A stretch of DNA of 24,000 nucleotides from Paenibacillus sp. GYB003 (GTDB taxonomy: Bacteria; Bacillota; Bacilli; Paenibacillales; NBRC-103111), in contig NZ_JARBDC010000005.1 in assembly GCF_036577625.1 (NCBI RefSeq), positions 234,782 to 258,781 of the forward strand, in the 5' to 3' direction. The position numbers were made by a program, and so were the translations under genes. Shown here piece by piece: positions 22,213-24,000 of the stretch. Every line of letters starts with the position of its first letter. The stretch's first letter is position 1. The notes under the pieces are model-generated. The model saw only the letters and a list, made by a program, of their open reading frames with translations. It did not search any database and was not told the DNA's origin.

Positions 22213-22268
22213 TTGGTATACACCAAGTATAGGCCGCGAGGAGGCGTATGCCTGTGCGTGCAATCACA
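22213..22268 (-). promoter_or_regulatory. hmp promoter region: -10 TATACT, CRP-like box at an inferred -41.5, and a palindrome over the inferred start site
   Basis: The reverse strand has TATACT at 22231-22226. A 16 bp box TGTGC-gtgcaa-TCACA (22253-22268, forward reading) is centred at 22260.5. That is -41.5 if transcription starts 7 nt after the -10 box (22219). TTGGT-ATAC-ACCAA (22213-22226) overlaps the -10 edge and the inferred start site. Confidence 0.45.
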
Positions 22269-22311
22269 CCGTTATGGAACGATTTGTGACGGAACGGTCG
22301 GCCCGCGCTGC

Positions 22312-24000
22312 TCAGTCGGCGCGATCGGCGTACGGAGCGAGCATCGCCTCTATAGCGGCATGCCCTCTCCGCCTCGCCCACGCGAGCGGGCGCGACCGCG
22401 GCTCCTCCGCCGGCAGGCGCGGATCGGCTCCTTGCTCGAGCAGCCAGCGCGCCATCTCCGTTTGTCCGTATTTGGCCGCCCATCCGAGCGGCGTCGCGCC
22501 GTACTCCCCGTCGATCGCGTCGAGGTCGGCCCCGAATTCGCGCAGCAGCGCGGCGACGCCGATTTGCCCTTTGGCGGCCGCGATGTGCAAATACGTGACG
22601 CCCTGCCAGTTGGCGAGGTTCGGGTCCGCTCCCGCCTCCAGCAGCAGCCGGACCATGTCCGTTCCGAAATCGGCCGCATAGCCCATATAGTTGTTCGCGT
22701 ACCACGGCGCGTTCAGCTCGGCTCCGCTGCGCAGAAGCAGCCGGACGATATCGGCGTGGCCGAAGCCGGCGGCCATGCACAGCGGCCCGTAATCGCCGCC
22801 GCTGTTCGCGAGCGACTTGTTCGTGCCGAGGATAGCGCTGACGACCTCGATGTTGCCCAAATAGCATACAAAATCGAGCCTCATCGTCGCGCCGTGGGCG
22901 TACAACAGCTTCGCCATTTCGTCGTGCCCTTTGGAAACGGCGATGGAGAGCGGGCTGCCGCCGGCGTCCAGCAGCGCGTTCGGATCGGCCCCGTGCGCGA
23001 GCAGCAGCCTGGCGCATTCGAGATGATTGCCGCTTGCGGCGTGCCACAGGGCGCTGCCGCGCGGCGCGTCCGCCTCGTCCGCGTTCGGATCGGCGCCGCA
23101 CTCGAGCAACAGCTTCACCGCCGCCGTATGCCCCGGCTTCGCCGCATAGCCGAGCGGCCGTTTGCCGACCGAATTTTTCGCGTTCGCCAGTTGCCGATCC
23201 CCTTCGAGCAGCTCGCCGAGCCGATCGGCGTCGCCTACGGCCGCTGCCGTCCATATGTCGTAGTCGGCCCCGCGCGCCAGCAAATAGCCGACGAGCACCG
23301 CTTCGCTGCGCAGCGCCTGCCGGGGCAAATCCCGCTTCGCCCGGTACCAGTAATCGCCGCCGGCGACGGCGAGCTGCAGCGGAGTCGCCCCGTCCGCACG
23401 CGCCGCCGCGATATTCGCGCCTCGGTCGAGCAAGGCGGCGATAAGCGGCAGCTGCCGGGTCAACACGGCCCAGTGGAGCGGCGTATTGCCCCGCTCGTCG
23501 GCCTGCGCCGCAATTCCGGGCGACTCGTCCAGCCGTCGCAGGACGTCCGCGACCCGGCGCGCCCGGATCAGCTCGCCGATCTCGCCGCCGGTCGGCGTCG
23601 TCCCGTAGCTCCGCGCCAAATGCTCCTTCAGCAGACTGGCGATTTCGCCGTGTCCGCGATCGATCGCCTTCGTCAGCGGATCGTCCTGCCAGCCGAGGCC
23701 CGACTTGTACGTCGCATCCGCCCCGCAGTCCAGCAGCAGCCGGACGAGCCCGGCATGCCCTTCGCGTACGGCGAAATGAAGCGGCGTGAAATAGCCCCAG
23801 CAGCAATTCGCAAGCTCCCGATTCCGTTCCAGCAAACGGGCGGCGGTCGCGGTATCGCCCGTTATGCAGCTTGCGAGCATGCTCCATACGTCCTCTCCCG
23901 GCCCGCCGGCCGATGCCACGACTTCCCCGGTGCGCAGCTCTTCCGGTTGAATCGCCGCGGCGCCCGTGCGGGCGCGGTTCCCATTGGCGTTAGCGTCCAT
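22312..24000 (-). CDS. Large ankyrin-repeat protein (at least 562 aa; may extend past the right edge)
   Basis: Many tandem ANK units of about 33 aa (TPLHxAxxxGHxxxVxLLLxxGADxN variants, e.g. TPLHFAVREGHAGLVRLLLDCGADAT, TPLHWAVLTRQLPLIAALLDRGANIA, TYLHIAAAKGQIGVAALLREFGADLD). An ATG sits exactly at 24000-23998, but the frame is open to the window edge. Confidence 0.88.
   Translation of the reverse strand: MDANANGNRARTGAAAIQPEELRTGEVVASAGGPGEDVWSMLASCITGDTATAARLLERNRELANCCWGYFTPLHFAVREGHAGLVRLLLDCGADATYKSGLGWQDDPLTKAIDRGHGEIASLLKEHLARSYGTTPTGGEIGELIRARRVADVLRRLDESPGIAAQADERGNTPLHWAVLTRQLPLIAALLDRGANIAAARADGATPLQLAVAGGDYWYRAKRDLPRQALRSEAVLVGYLLARGADYDIWTAAAVGDADRLGELLEGDRQLANAKNSVGKRPLGYAAKPGHTAAVKLLLECGADPNADEADAPRGSALWHAASGNHLECARLLLAHGADPNALLDAGGSPLSIAVSKGHDEMAKLLYAHGATMRLDFVCYLGNIEVVSAILGTNKSLANSGGDYGPLCMAAGFGHADIVRLLLRSGAELNAPWYANNYMGYAADFGTDMVRLLLEAGADPNLANWQGVTYLHIAAAKGQIGVAALLREFGADLDAIDGEYGATPLGWAAKYGQTEMARWLLEQGADPRLPAEEPRSRPLAWARRRGHAAIEAMLAPYADRAD

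Noticed and set aside
1-24000. CRISPR arrays, tRNA/rRNA genes, transposases, integrases and inverted terminal repeats of IS elements
   Set aside because: I scanned for regularly spaced direct repeats, cloverleaf-like segments and DDE/tyrosine-recombinase-like translations and found none. The only repeats seen are the short ones reported above.

Overview
High-GC, Firmicute-style chromosomal segment. A Paenibacillaceae-like origin is inferred only from GGAGG-type ribosome-binding sites, intrinsic terminators and gene content. All calls come from reading the sequence and ORF translations by eye; no searches were run. Left third (1-9755), mostly reverse strand: the start of metN, a polar amino-acid ABC transporter (ATPase plus a fused binding-protein/permease), an APH(6)-like kinase, the aguA-aguB agmatine-to-putrescine pair, an M16 zinc peptidase, an FMN reductase, a SAM methyltransferase and an NAD(P)H-binding oxidoreductase. 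Middle (about 9756-13369): a visibly AT-richer island. It holds roughly 0.9 kb with no convincing gene but a consensus sigma-A promoter with an operator-like palindrome and switch-like hairpins, then a ParM/Alp-type actin-fold ATPase with a small ribbon-helix-helix-like partner, then a stand-alone PBECR-like (Barnase/EndoU/RelE-fold) putative nuclease. Right half: (i) a divergent pair made of a VOC + GyrI-like protein and an ECF-type sigma factor with a roughly 600-aa C-terminal extension ending in two VOC-like modules, with no anti-sigma gene nearby. I rank this as the best candidate for an undescribed one-component sensing/resistance system. (ii) A textbook ECF41 module: a TGTCACA-N16-CGTC promoter, an FAD oxidoreductase, and a sigma factor carrying the WLPEP, DGGGK and NPDKL motifs. 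(iii) An AlkD-like DNA alkylation repair gene, a short Crp/Fnr regulator, flavohemoglobin hmp with a CRP-like box at an inferred -41.5, and a large ankyrin-repeat protein that reaches the right edge. I saw no rRNA, tRNA, CRISPR array, transposase or integrase. Many long ORFs in the track are antisense shadow ORFs typical of high-GC DNA.
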